Source: Thermodesulfobacteriota bacterium (GTDB lineage Bacteria > Desulfobacterota > Desulfobacteria > Desulfobacterales > C00003060). Taken from it: 64,000 bases of DNA. The position numbers and the translations under genes are program-made. This document shows positions 9,825 through 20,010 of the stretch, one piece after another. The notes beneath the pieces are model-generated. The model was not told where the DNA came from. It made no database searches and saw only the letters and a list, made by a program, of their open reading frames with translations. The stretch is from positions 1 through 64,000 of the forward strand of contig JAXHVD010000019.1 in the NCBI GenBank assembly GCA_034189385.1, given 5' to 3'. Positions within the stretch are counted from its first letter, which is position 1. Each line of letters starts with the position of its first letter.

Positions 9825-12800
9825 ATGAGTGAACATACAGTGAAAGAAGGCGGTAGCAAAGCCAAGAGCTTGGTTTGGACGATCACGCTATTGGGCTTGT
9901 GCGCCGGTGTCGCCATGCTGGGTATTGTTTTATTGACTCTTTCCGATATTCGCTCAAAGCGCGAGAAGCTTGACGCACTCCAAGTAGAGATGACCCGCAT
10001 GGTCACCTCTTTGGACCCATACCTCAATCAGGGCCGAGAGGAAATGACGGGATTGCTTCACAAAGATCCCGAAGAGACAGGTGATGGAGGCTGGTTGAAC
10101 AGCTTAACCGATTTCGTTGCGGATTACAGAAACCGAGGTATTGTTAACAAAGATAATATATTAGGAGTTCTCGATGAGTTCGATGGCATATTGTCGGACC
10201 TCAAAGAAACTCGGAAAAAATGTTTGCTTTGGCAGGAAGAGCGGGAAATGATCAAAAGGGTTCTTCCGGGGGCCCGCAAAGAGGTGGACTTATGCCTTAC
10301 AAAATTACGTTCTAAAGTGTCCAGCGTTGAAGGGCTTAGGCGCTTGCGCAATGCTGTTCAAATTCGGGAGTATCGAAATTCAGAAAAAGAGCGAGCTAAC
10401 AAACTTGCAGGTGAGATTATAGATAACATAAGCCATAGTACCGATATTTCTACAATCAAGGCTGAGCTGGCAGACCTGTCCTTGCTCTCCGAGCAGCTCG
10501 TTGGTGAAGAGGAGATCGACAATCTAGCCGACTTAAAAGACAATCAGTTTAAACCCAGGCTGTACAGATTGCGGCAAGGTCTCACGCATTTCAAAAACTA
10601 CAATTTGTTGCAAGGAGATTCGGATGAAGAACTTCTAACGAACATTGAGGCCGCATTGTTTGGCCAAGGCTTCCATGTCGATACAATCCACCAGACGATT
10701 GTACTTGGAACAGGTGGACTTTATAAGCTGTGCAAGGAAAAGCTATCTCTTGTTGACGAACAGAAAAAGCTCAACGCCCAAGTGAATCAACATTTCGAAA
10801 AGTTTAGGGCTGCCAGGGAAAATTTGGTTGTGAATGTCGAGGCTGTTGCGAATCAAACCGCAATTAATGCAGAAAATTCCCTTGGGAATGCTTGGACTAA
10901 GATGCTGGTCGTGTGGATTGTCTCGATAGGGTTGTTCCTTACGCTATCTGCGAGGATAGCTCAAACACTTACGGGTCAGGTGAGAGCCATTGAGAACACG
11001 AATAAGGAATTAGCAAATGAGATTATAGAGCGTCAGCGCGTTGAAGATGCCCTTGTCCAGAGTAAGGAAATGCTCAGAAAGGCCAATGAGGAACTGGAAG
11101 AGCGGGTAGACGTGCGCACAAGAGAATTAAAGACGGCAAACAGACTGTTGGAAGAAGAGGTGGATGAACGGAAGGAAGCCGAAGAGAAATATCGAAGCCT
11201 CAGCGAAGAGTTGTCGGAAGGATTAGCTGACGTTTTTGAAGCATTGAAACTGATTTCAGCAGGAAATCCGTCCGTAAAGATACGCGAAAGCTCGAAACTT
11301 GAGTCGATTTCAAAACTGAAACGCATTGTCAACATGACCGCACGTAACATTGGCGAAATGGTGAACCTATCCCATGAGTTTGCGATTGGCCTTGCCGAGC
11401 ACTTCGACACATTGAACAGGGTCTCGACCGGTGATTTCAGTGCGCGGGTGTCTGACGCCTCGCAAGAAGAGCTGCTGCAATCCCTCGGGAAGGTGACAAA
11501 CCACATGATTGAGAGTGTGTCCAGAGAAATTGCCGAGCGGAAGCAGGCTGAAGAGGCAACCGTGCTTGCTCACAAAGAACTAAAGCAGATATTTGACACC
11601 TCAGCTGATGGTATGCGTGTGGTTGATAAGGAATTCAACGTGCTTCGAGTCAATAGGGCCTTCGCCATGCTATCGGGCCGGAATGAGACAGAGGCGCTGG
11701 GTAAAAAATGTTATGAGGGGTTCACTGGTGAAATGTGTCACACGCCCCAGTGTCCGTTGACAAAAGTGGTGAGTGGTGAGGAACATGTCGAGTGTGAAGT
11801 TGAAAAGGAGTGTTCTGATGGGACCAAGACACCTTGCATGTTGACGGCAACTCCATTCCGCGGGTCCCAGGGTGAACTGATTGGCATTGTTGAGAATTTC
11901 AAAGATATCACGGACCGCAAACGCGCCGAGGAGGCTTTGCTGAAGGCAAAAGAGACTGCTGAGGCGGCCAACCGGGCCAAAAGCGATTTTTTGGCCAACA
12001 TGAGCCATGAAATCCGAACGCCCATGAACGGTGTGATAGGTATGACGAACCTATTACTCGATACCGAGCTAACCCAGGAACAGCGGGAGTATGCGGAAGT
12101 CGTACACAAGAGTGGTGCCTCACTTCTTGGGATAATCAACGAGATCCTGGATTTTTCGAAGATTGAAGCTGGCAAACTAGATCTTGAACCCATTGATTTT
12201 GATCTGAGATCGACGGTTGAAGACGCAGTAGATACCCTTGCCATAGCTGCACACCAAAAGGGACTCGAACTGTCTTGCTTGCTTCGCAACGAGGTGCCGG
12301 CTTTTGTTCGAGGCGATCCAGGACGATTGCGCCAAATTCTTTTAAATCTGGCAAATAATGCCATTAAATTTACAGAAAAAGGAGAAGTAGCTATCCGCGT
12401 AATGCTTGAATCAGAAGATGTTTCTCATAGCACGATTCGGTTTAGCGTTTCCGATACTGGTATTGGAATTCCCCCAAGAAGACAGAATCGTCTCTTTAAA
12501 TCTTTTTCTCAGGTGGATGCTTCTCACACACGCAAATACGGTGGCACAGGATTAGGACTTGCTGTGTCAAAACAGTTGTGTGAGATGATGGGAGGGCAAA
12601 TTGGCGTAGAAAGCGAGGAGAACAAAGGCTCTACGTTTTGGTTCACAATTGTTTTGGAAAAACAGCCTATACAACAACTATCTGAACACATTGTTTTAAA
12701 AGATATTCGTGGAAAACGCATCCTGATAGTTGATGATAATGACACGAATAGATTTGTCTTAACAGAAATGCTGAAATCTTGGGGTTGTCGCATTGACGGT

Positions 12801-13547
12801 GCACCAGAGGGTGAAATAGCGTTGGAAATGTTGCACAAGGCCCAAGCGGCAAATGATCCTTTTGAGATAGCCGTTCTGGACATGCAGTTGCCGGAAATGG
12901 ACGGAGAAACCCTTGGACGAAAGATCAAAGAAGATTCTAGAATAAGAAGCACAATTCTTGTGATGCTGACTTCAGTGGGCCAGCGTGGGGATGTTGCAAG
13001 AATTAAAGAAATTGGATTTGGTGGCTACCTTAACAAACCCGTAAAAAGCTCCGATCTTTATGACTGCCTCATCACTGTTGCCGGGATAGAAGCAAAAGGC
13101 GCTGATGTTCAGGCCCCAGAAGTAGTGACCAGGCACACTATCCAAGAAAATCAAAAACGCACAGTTCGTATCCTGCTTGCGGAAGACAACGAGATCAATC
13201 AAAAGGTGGCCATGAACATTCTGAAAAAGTCGGGCTACCGTGCAGATACTGCGGCAAATGGTAAAGAAGCCATAAAAGCCCTTGAGGAGGCTTCCTACGA
13301 CTTGGTACTAATGGACATACAAATGCCGGAATTGGACGGTTTTGAGGCGACCAGCATTATACGGGATCCAGATTCCAAGGTACGGAATCACCAAATACCC
13401 GTCATAGCCATGACAGCCCATGCCATGAAGGAAGATAGACATCGGTGTCTTGACAATGGAATGGATGACTATACTTCGAAACCCATAGATCCAGAAGAGC
13501 TGATAGAGAAAATCCAGAAATGGACTGACGTTTGTAACGAAATCTGA
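9825..13547 (+). CDS. Hybrid sensor kinase: periplasmic domain, tandem HAMP-like module, PAS, HisKA/HATPase, two receivers
   Basis: Two TMs, FLANMSHEIRTPMNG, GDPGRLRQIL, YGGTGLGL, receivers IVDDN and LAEDN. Confidence 0.96.
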   Translation: MSEHTVKEGGSKAKSLVWTITLLGLCAGVAMLGIVLLTLSDIRSKREKLDALQVEMTRMVTSLDPYLNQGREEMTGLLHKDPEETGDGGWLNSLTDFVADYRNRGIVNKDNILGVLDEFDGILSDLKETRKKCLLWQEEREMIKRVLPGARKEVDLCLTKLRSKVSSVEGLRRLRNAVQIREYRNSEKERANKLAGEIIDNISHSTDISTIKAELADLSLLSEQLVGEEEIDNLADLKDNQFKPRLYRLRQGLTHFKNYNLLQGDSDEELLTNIEAALFGQGFHVDTIHQTIVLGTGGLYKLCKEKLSLVDEQKKLNAQVNQHFEKFRAARENLVVNVEAVANQTAINAENSLGNAWTKMLVVWIVSIGLFLTLSARIAQTLTGQVRAIENTNKELANEIIERQRVEDALVQSKEMLRKANEELEERVDVRTRELKTANRLLEEEVDERKEAEEKYRSLSEELSEGLADVFEALKLISAGNPSVKIRESSKLESISKLKRIVNMTARNIGEMVNLSHEFAIGLAEHFDTLNRVSTGDFSARVSDASQEELLQSLGKVTNHMIESVSREIAERKQAEEATVLAHKELKQIFDTSADGMRVVDKEFNVLRVNRAFAMLSGRNETEALGKKCYEGFTGEMCHTPQCPLTKVVSGEEHVECEVEKECSDGTKTPCMLTATPFRGSQGELIGIVENFKDITDRKRAEEALLKAKETAEAANRAKSDFLANMSHEIRTPMNGVIGMTNLLLDTELTQEQREYAEVVHKSGASLLGIINEILDFSKIEAGKLDLEPIDFDLRSTVEDAVDTLAIAAHQKGLELSCLLRNEVPAFVRGDPGRLRQILLNLANNAIKFTEKGEVAIRVMLESEDVSHSTIRFSVSDTGIGIPPRRQNRLFKSFSQVDASHTRKYGGTGLGLAVSKQLCEMMGGQIGVESEENKGSTFWFTIVLEKQPIQQLSEHIVLKDIRGKRILIVDDNDTNRFVLTEMLKSWGCRIDGAPEGEIALEMLHKAQAANDPFEIAVLDMQLPEMDGETLGRKIKEDSRIRSTILVMLTSVGQRGDVARIKEIGFGGYLNKPVKSSDLYDCLITVAGIEAKGADVQAPEVVTRHTIQENQKRTVRILLAEDNEINQKVAMNILKKSGYRADTAANGKEAIKALEEASYDLVLMDIQMPELDGFEATSIIRDPDSKVRNHQIPVIAMTAHAMKEDRHRCLDNGMDDYTSKPIDPEELIEKIQKWTDVCNEI

Positions 13548-13648
13548 TTCGAATGGAAATACGCACGCAAAAAGCTGTTCCATCTGACCCGTAACCTTTC
13601 CCTCTCGTTTCGATTGTCATTGAAACCTATATGGTTAGGAAGACTAAA

Positions 13649-13999
13649 ATGATTCGTATACCAACTGACAGAGCACCCACACATCCTGGCGAGATGCTTC
13701 TTGAAGAATTCTTGAAGCCAATGGACCTTACGTAGCGACAATTGGCCGATGCGATCTATGTGCCTTACCAGAGCATTTGTGAAATCATCAACGGCCGCCG
13801 CAGAATAGAACCGAGCACGGCTTTGAGGCTTTTTAAGTTCTTTGGCGTTTCGCCTTATTTCTGGATGAATCTACCGCTTCGGTGGGATCTATATTTTGCC
13901 CAGAGATCTGAAACAGATGAGCTGAGAAGTATCTGGCCGCTTTCAACGCCGGGACCACGCTTTCGTAGATCCAGCGCCCAACAAATGGCCGGACAATGA
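13649..13999 (+). pseudogene. higA: HigA-family antitoxin interrupted by an in-frame TAG
   Basis: MIRIPTDRAPTHPGEMLLEEFLKPMDLT*RQLADAI...ALRLFKFFGVSPYFWMNL; TAG at 13733-13735 where HigA usually has Gln; no higB upstream. Confidence 0.8.
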
Positions 14000-14135
14000 T
14001 TGTTGCTTCTCGACAACATGTGGGCTCAAGCTTTGATCCCCACTTTGAATATATATGCGGCTCTTCTCCGATTTAGTTGTAGCTAATGAAGGCAAGTCAA
14101 ATGAATAATCTTCAGGTGAATAGGTGTGGTCCCAG

Positions 14136-14361
14136 AGGGTTCAAGGGGTCAAGGGTTCGAGGGGTCAAGTGAAATGCTGAATATTTTCATATGCTTTAAG
14201 ATTGAACCCAGGCTCTTTGCCCTGTGTTTAGAGCTCTGTTGATTTGGCAAAACGATCCGGAGAATCGGTGAACGCGGAAGGACATTGGCGTGAAGATTAT
14301 ACCGATCCTGTTCGACTTGTAAACACCCTCGGCCCCTGGACCCCTTGGATCCTTGGACCCT
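14136..14361. repeat. Inverted arrays of four 8-mers flanking about 160 bp
   Basis: AGGGTTCA AGGGGTCA AGGGTTCG AGGGGTCA (14136-14167) versus CGGCCCCT GGACCCCT TGGATCCT TGGACCCT (14330-14361). Confidence 0.7.
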
Positions 14362-14985
14362 CTTCTCCAACTAAATTGGAGAAGAACCATATATACAAAC
14401 AACTAGTTTAAAAGCCATAAGTTTCGTGTAGTTAGAACCAATTTCCGCTCAACTCTTCTTGTGAATGTTCCAAACAATGTCATCTCGCCGTCCACTTCCG
14501 CTGAAGGACTCGGGGGCTTTAGGAGCTTGACAAAGCCTGTGAATGCCAAATAAAACTATCCGCTTGATTTCGGCTGTGGCAGGCAATGACCCCCACTTCT
14601 GGCCGTTTGAGTGTAACGTAGGGTTGGGCCTCAACAGTCCTGCAGATAGAGGCGTTGGCAGAATCATGAAGAGTAAAAAAACAGGTTTGACCAGCGGCTC
14701 ATGTGTAAAAGACTTCTTACTAAACTATGGACGAGACTGGGTTCTCACATGTCATGATGGGTCATATGGCTGCATTGGACGAGCTAGCACAGCTGGTTTG
14801 GGGCCACGGCCAAGCCTACCATGGAAAGGTCCGATCACTACTCCTTGGTTGTTGAGAGGAGATCCCAGAGTCAGGGTCGGCAACGCACGACAAGGTACTA
14901 TAGGAAACAAGGCTATCTTCGAAGTCAAATCGCCACAGACTGCCGTGTAATGATTCCCTTGTTATCCCTACTCAGGAGGAAATAT

Positions 14986-17841
14986 ATGAATAGAGTCAAG
15001 AAAACCGCCAACTGCGCAGCTATCCTTCTTTGTACGATTGCTTCCATGGTCCTTTCCTCAACGGTCTGCGCCGAAGAGGACTTCATCGTAACCCTCGGAG
15101 AAAATAAGGTTTTTACAGCCTACAATTATGACTACACGCGTATCTGGAACCAATATGGCTCCATAATAGAAAGCAGCACAGATGGACAAACGGCAAGTGC
15201 CCATGTCTTTTGTGACGATGGGCAGCCTACCACCTGTCAGGAAGGACGGGCCTTCATAGGAGCTGGAGTCACTTTTCAAACTCGGGAGGGCCCAGGGCAA
15301 AAGACCTATGCCGATGCAACCATTTCCATAACCTTTAGCTATGCCACGGAGGTTGACTTTAAACCTGAATTGGGGTCAGCTCATGTTTGGATAGATTTGC
15401 TGGCACCCGACTCCGAACTACATTCCATAGCATGCGGGAAAATAGGCCTCCACATAGGAGACATTTCGTTTCATGAAGAAAGCGGGCACGATTCAAAAAA
15501 AGATACTCTTACATTAATTAGTGACGGTTATCCGCTATTCGCGGGAAGACTCTACGGTATTACAGCCAATCCATATATCGGATTGCACGCCTGCGGCGAT
15601 GGCGCAGAGGCAAGGGCTGAAGTTACTATTCATGAAATCAAAGTATTATTTACCCCGGAAGATGAAGAACCTCACCGGCCAATAGCTATTTTTGATTATA
15701 CCCCAAGCGATCCTGAAGTGGGGGAGTCAGTAGATTTTATTTCAACTTCCTACGATCCAGATAATGACCCCCTGACCTATTTCTGGTCAGTCCACGATAA
15801 TTCTGACGGAAGCACTTTGGAAACTTTTGAAACAGAAGGTTTCTCTTATATCTTTACCAAGGAAGGTGCTTTCACTGTTACCTTGATGGCCTCTGACGGC
15901 GTTTTTACTGATGAAACCAGTAAAACTGTAGGTCTTACAATCCCTGAACCTACGGTGACGCCTTGCACAACTGATTCGTCAGTCGAAATGCACCAAGAGT
16001 ACTGTAGGTGTTACGATATCAAGAATAATGCAAAAGTTCCTATTGTAGTCAATTTCAATATAGAAGAATTGAGAGAAAACATTACTCAAACTCTTCTTTG
16101 GAGTCCCTTTTCAATTGATTCGGAGCTGAAGCGTTTAACGACTGAAGTTGCTATTCCTGCCGAGCAAACACAGAGGCTTTGGTTCCCAGACGATGATTAT
16201 TATGTACATCAATGGTATTGGATCAATAACGAATCATGGTGGGTGAATAATTTGCAGTATGCCATTGATCTGTTTGATCTCTTATATCCTCATGAATTTG
16301 ATGCTATTGATCAGGCTTTAGAAGCAATGAAAGAAGCTTTTTCAGGGATACAGGTTAACAAGTTAGAAACCGTGGAGTACCTGCTAAAGGGAAGAGGGAG
16401 CTGGTGGAATGACGATTCTTTGGCAACATACGATTTATCCATACCTGACGTGAATATCACAGCTCACGTGCCCAAGAATAAACAAGATTACTTTGAACAA
16501 ATGCTAGTTGCAACCAGCAGGGGGCTCAGAGCAAGCGAAATCGCTTGTCTGCTCATGGGTCCCGATCTTTTTTCGATGATCAGAGCCTCTGCATTTGCCA
16601 TTATAGAAGCTGCGGCACTGACGAAATCAACCCACTGTTATGAAGAAGCTCTCGACCCACCGGATGATGATTATGCTGTATTGGTTGAGCCGCAACCCAT
16701 ATCCTGGCCTGAGATTAATGATATCCCGGAAAACGCACCTTCGAAACCTTTTATGAGTAAAATGCTCGAAACCTTGTCTTTACAAAAAGCCCATGCCCGT
16801 TCTTTATTCAAATACGAGGGAGCTGCCGTTGCTGGTGATGCCAACTGGGAAGCCTCTCAAATGGAACAGGTTTATAAATATTCAAGGATGATGAGGGAGG
16901 CCTATGCTGAGGCCCTTGTCCTTTTTCAGGAGTTGGTCCCTAATTTGCCCGACATTCAGCCTGAAATGATAGAAAAGGGCAAACAAATACTCATGAATGA
17001 GGGGTTGCCAGAAGTGGAGAAGAACATTCTCAGTCGTGAGCTGGGATTTGGGCCTGCGGACTTTGACAAGCTTACGGCAGCATTGTTATCTCCTGATAAC
17101 CTATGGCCTAGTTCATATAGTGTTTTAAGGAATTTGTTATTGATATCTATCATTCAAGCCAATGATGCTGCCTTTAGGGAATTAGAGGCGTTTATCAGTA
17201 TTAAAATTACAAAACTCGGGGAACCGATTCGTCTACCCTCATCTGAGGATTTAGAAATATTGGAGGGTATGAAGACCGATATTGAACAATTGATGGCTCT
17301 GGGAAATTATTCAGAAGGGTTACTAAGAAAGATTGAAGTCTTGAGTAATCGCTATGAGGAGCTATTAATACGTACTAATAATTATCCAGCTTTAGAGATT
17401 TATGATCAGACCCTGAAAAATGCCTTTTCCAGTCTGCAAGCTGATGCATTTACGTCAATTCCTGGAACATGTTCCTATCTTGGTGATGACCCGAGGCCGC
17501 TGGCGCCGGACATGGATGTGTTCAGGTTCTCTGGAACCGCGGGAGAGACCGTTACGGTAACCCTGGAATCTAGCCCGCCTGAATACGGTGCGGGAAAAAG
17601 GGCGGTTTTGATAATGAGAAATCTAGGACGTGGACTTCGGCTTTTTAAAAGGCTCAACGATAAACTGCCCCTTGAGATGACGGTCACTCTACCTATAGCG
17701 GGGGAGTACCATGTCAAGGTGATGGAGGCCCCTGGAAGAGCAGTCATTTGGGGAGAGAAGTACGAGGGGGACTATTGCGTTACGTTGGAGGCTTCCCCTG
17801 AGACCATGGGGACATTGGTGCCAGATCTTGATGTGGAGTAG
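14986..17841 (+). CDS. Large secreted protein with a PKD domain and a C-terminal PPC-like beta domain
   Basis: AGGAGG RBS, signal peptide ending VCA, PKD pattern (PIAIFDYTP..SYDPDNDPLTYFW..GAFTVTLMASDG), C-terminal DMDVFRFSGTAGETVTVTL. Confidence 0.8.
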   Translation: MNRVKKTANCAAILLCTIASMVLSSTVCAEEDFIVTLGENKVFTAYNYDYTRIWNQYGSIIESSTDGQTASAHVFCDDGQPTTCQEGRAFIGAGVTFQTREGPGQKTYADATISITFSYATEVDFKPELGSAHVWIDLLAPDSELHSIACGKIGLHIGDISFHEESGHDSKKDTLTLISDGYPLFAGRLYGITANPYIGLHACGDGAEARAEVTIHEIKVLFTPEDEEPHRPIAIFDYTPSDPEVGESVDFISTSYDPDNDPLTYFWSVHDNSDGSTLETFETEGFSYIFTKEGAFTVTLMASDGVFTDETSKTVGLTIPEPTVTPCTTDSSVEMHQEYCRCYDIKNNAKVPIVVNFNIEELRENITQTLLWSPFSIDSELKRLTTEVAIPAEQTQRLWFPDDDYYVHQWYWINNESWWVNNLQYAIDLFDLLYPHEFDAIDQALEAMKEAFSGIQVNKLETVEYLLKGRGSWWNDDSLATYDLSIPDVNITAHVPKNKQDYFEQMLVATSRGLRASEIACLLMGPDLFSMIRASAFAIIEAAALTKSTHCYEEALDPPDDDYAVLVEPQPISWPEINDIPENAPSKPFMSKMLETLSLQKAHARSLFKYEGAAVAGDANWEASQMEQVYKYSRMMREAYAEALVLFQELVPNLPDIQPEMIEKGKQILMNEGLPEVEKNILSRELGFGPADFDKLTAALLSPDNLWPSSYSVLRNLLLISIIQANDAAFRELEAFISIKITKLGEPIRLPSSEDLEILEGMKTDIEQLMALGNYSEGLLRKIEVLSNRYEELLIRTNNYPALEIYDQTLKNAFSSLQADAFTSIPGTCSYLGDDPRPLAPDMDVFRFSGTAGETVTVTLESSPPEYGAGKRAVLIMRNLGRGLRLFKRLNDKLPLEMTVTLPIAGEYHVKVMEAPGRAVIWGEKYEGDYCVTLEASPETMGTLVPDLDVE

Positions 17842-18069
17842 GTGACGTGGGAACAGGACTATATCGAGCAGGGGCAGGATTAGAGAAGGTGTCCTCCCCT
17901 TTTCCCTCAAAAGACCCTGCATCTTGTGGTGGCGCCCTGCAACCCAGGACTCTCTGAAATGCCTTGCCGCGACTGCGGCGCCAACGGACAGGGCGAGACG
18001 ATGGATGAAACCAAGGAATAAAGGACAGAATAGGGACAATAGCCTATGGGTATGAGGTGCGGGGGGGGA

Positions 18070-19398
18070 CTAGATGTCTTTTATGAGGAGATTTGCCGGT
18101 GAGCTTTCAATCGCTTCGCCAAAGGCCTTGAGGCACTGGGAGAGTCTTTCCAGTTCCTTTGACTGGACTACGGGGACCGAGTCGGTGCCGTGCCCCTCCA
18201 GTTTGTCAATGACGTACTTGATGGTCATGAGATCAATGCTGGAAGCGGGCTGATAGGAAGCCTTGCGGCCTTGCTTGTGGCATATCTCGGAAACGATGGC
18301 TGCTTCCACCAACTGCTGCAATATCTCACCGACGAGCCGGACAGGAATCTCCAACGTGCTGGCGATCTCAACGGCCGAGAGGGCCTTTCCCCCTTCAGAA
18401 AAGACCTTCACCAGAAGATGGACCACCCGCAGGGTGAGCAGCCTTTTAAAGGCCTGACTGACACTGGAGCAATCCGGTTCGAACTCGTAGGTCTCCACGT
18501 GCTGGTGGGCTGAGGAGATCTCTGCGCCCAAAAGGACAATCATCCAACTCAGTTGGAGCCACAGAAGGAAAAGGGGTAGGGCTGCAAAGCTCCCGTAAAT
18601 AGCATTGTATCTGGCCACACCGATCTGAAAGGTAAGATAGACCACCTGAAAAACCTGATACAGGGTGCCTGCCACAATTCCGGCAAAAAGGCCTGAGCTA
18701 AAACGGATTTTGGTGTTGGGCATGAACATGTAGACGAAGGTGAAAAGGATCCAGATTACGCAGTATGGCAGCAGCTTTAACGTAAGAAAGATGGCTGGGC
18801 TAATAGCCCCTAGAAGGGTAATCTTTTCTACCACCAGCTGCACCTGGCTCTTTATGACCACGGTGACGGTGCTAGAGAGAATGAACAAGATAGGACAGAT
18901 CAGTATGGCGGAAAGGTAATCGCTGGTCTTTCTTGCAATGGTTCTTGGCCTGTCAATTCCCCATATGTGGTTGAAGGCTTCTTCAATGTTTCCCAGGAGC
19001 CTGATGATCGACCAGAACAACAGGAGAAGGCCTGCCCCGGCAATAACGCCGCCCTTGGCGTTTTCAAGGAGTGAGCGGGCAAATTCCATGACCCGCCGAA
19101 CAATCTCCTCTTGGCCCTGAAAGGTCTCAAAGAGCTGCCTTTCAAGGGCCCCTTCAAATCCAAAGCCTTTGGCGATACCAAAGGCCATGGCCAGCACAGG
19201 CACAATGGAAAGCAGGGAATAGAACGTGAGCGCAGAGGCCCTGAAGAGGCAGTCATGGTTTTCAAATCCCCGCACCGAGAGGATAATGATCCTTAACAGC
19301 CTGATCCCAACGGCCTTGACCCGGGGGAGCTCCCTGGAGCGGATCCTCCAGATATCGGTCTTAATGAATGCAATCTTCTTTGCCAGCACTGTGAGCAT
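18070..19398 (-). CDS. YihY/BrkB-family membrane protein with a C-terminal winged-helix extension
   Basis: ASALTFYSLLSIVP, IEEAFNHIWG, YNAIYGSFAALPLFLLWLQLSW..LLGAE motifs. Confidence 0.92.
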   Translation of the reverse strand: MLTVLAKKIAFIKTDIWRIRSRELPRVKAVGIRLLRIIILSVRGFENHDCLFRASALTFYSLLSIVPVLAMAFGIAKGFGFEGALERQLFETFQGQEEIVRRVMEFARSLLENAKGGVIAGAGLLLLFWSIIRLLGNIEEAFNHIWGIDRPRTIARKTSDYLSAILICPILFILSSTVTVVIKSQVQLVVEKITLLGAISPAIFLTLKLLPYCVIWILFTFVYMFMPNTKIRFSSGLFAGIVAGTLYQVFQVVYLTFQIGVARYNAIYGSFAALPLFLLWLQLSWMIVLLGAEISSAHQHVETYEFEPDCSSVSQAFKRLLTLRVVHLLVKVFSEGGKALSAVEIASTLEIPVRLVGEILQQLVEAAIVSEICHKQGRKASYQPASSIDLMTIKYVIDKLEGHGTDSVPVVQSKELERLSQCLKAFGEAIESSPANLLIKDI

Positions 19399-19700
19399 TC
19401 TCTATTGCACGCTGTGCCCCGCCGGTTCCTATCCCAGGTGCTTTACGTCATGGGGCTTTCCGTAAAACACATCATCAACCATCCCTCCCTATGTTGCCAA
19501 ATCTGGGGGGTACAAATCTTGACACACCTACCATGAGTGGAAACAAGCGACGTGAAATGTAAGGATAACATATTCTCTTTCAATGAAAAAGGAGCCTTTT
19601 CAGCCAGGCCGGCTGTGGCCACAAGAGCCCCATGTGCCAGGCGACACGGTTTCCAACAAAATCCTTGCTTTCGCTCAAGGCAATAGATAGTAACAGCATA

Positions 19701-19978
19701 GGCGTTGGCCGTTTACTGTTGACCGTCATTCGTTGTCAGCTTAGAAATGGGACGCCTTCGGCCTCTCCCTAAGCCCTTGAGAACCTCCCGTTCGACCTAG
19801 AGGCTCTCGACAGGCAGGTCGAACCCGCGGGCTCTCTCTTAGGCTCTTCGCGTCTGTTTGTTTGGTTACATGGCTGCGGGGGACATCTGGCCAGAGGGGG
19901 GGGATATGTTTGTCGGTGAACGGCCTGCGACGAGCTAGGCCGAGTCGACAACGGAAGACGGTGAACCTTGACGCGCCA
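19701..19978. other. Long nested inverted-repeat structure upstream of hemL
   Basis: 19718-19737 pairs with 19947-19966 (17/20 Watson-Crick); inner stems CCTAAG/CTTAGG and GTTCGACCT/AGGTCGAAC. Confidence 0.55.
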
Positions 19979-20010
19979 GCGAAAAGGAACAAATGAAGGA
20001 GCTTTGTCTT

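Noticed and set aside
13733..13735. Pyrrolysine read-through of the higA TAG
   Set aside because: A single CAG-to-TAG change explains it, other decay is present, and no pyl genes are in the window
14136..14361. CRISPR array
   Set aside because: The repeats are adjacent 8-mers without spacers, and there are no cas genes
14543..14985. 135-aa ORF and the extended N-terminus (14821) of the large secreted protein
   Set aside because: A strong RBS and signal peptide point to ATG 14986; the upstream frames have no recognisable features
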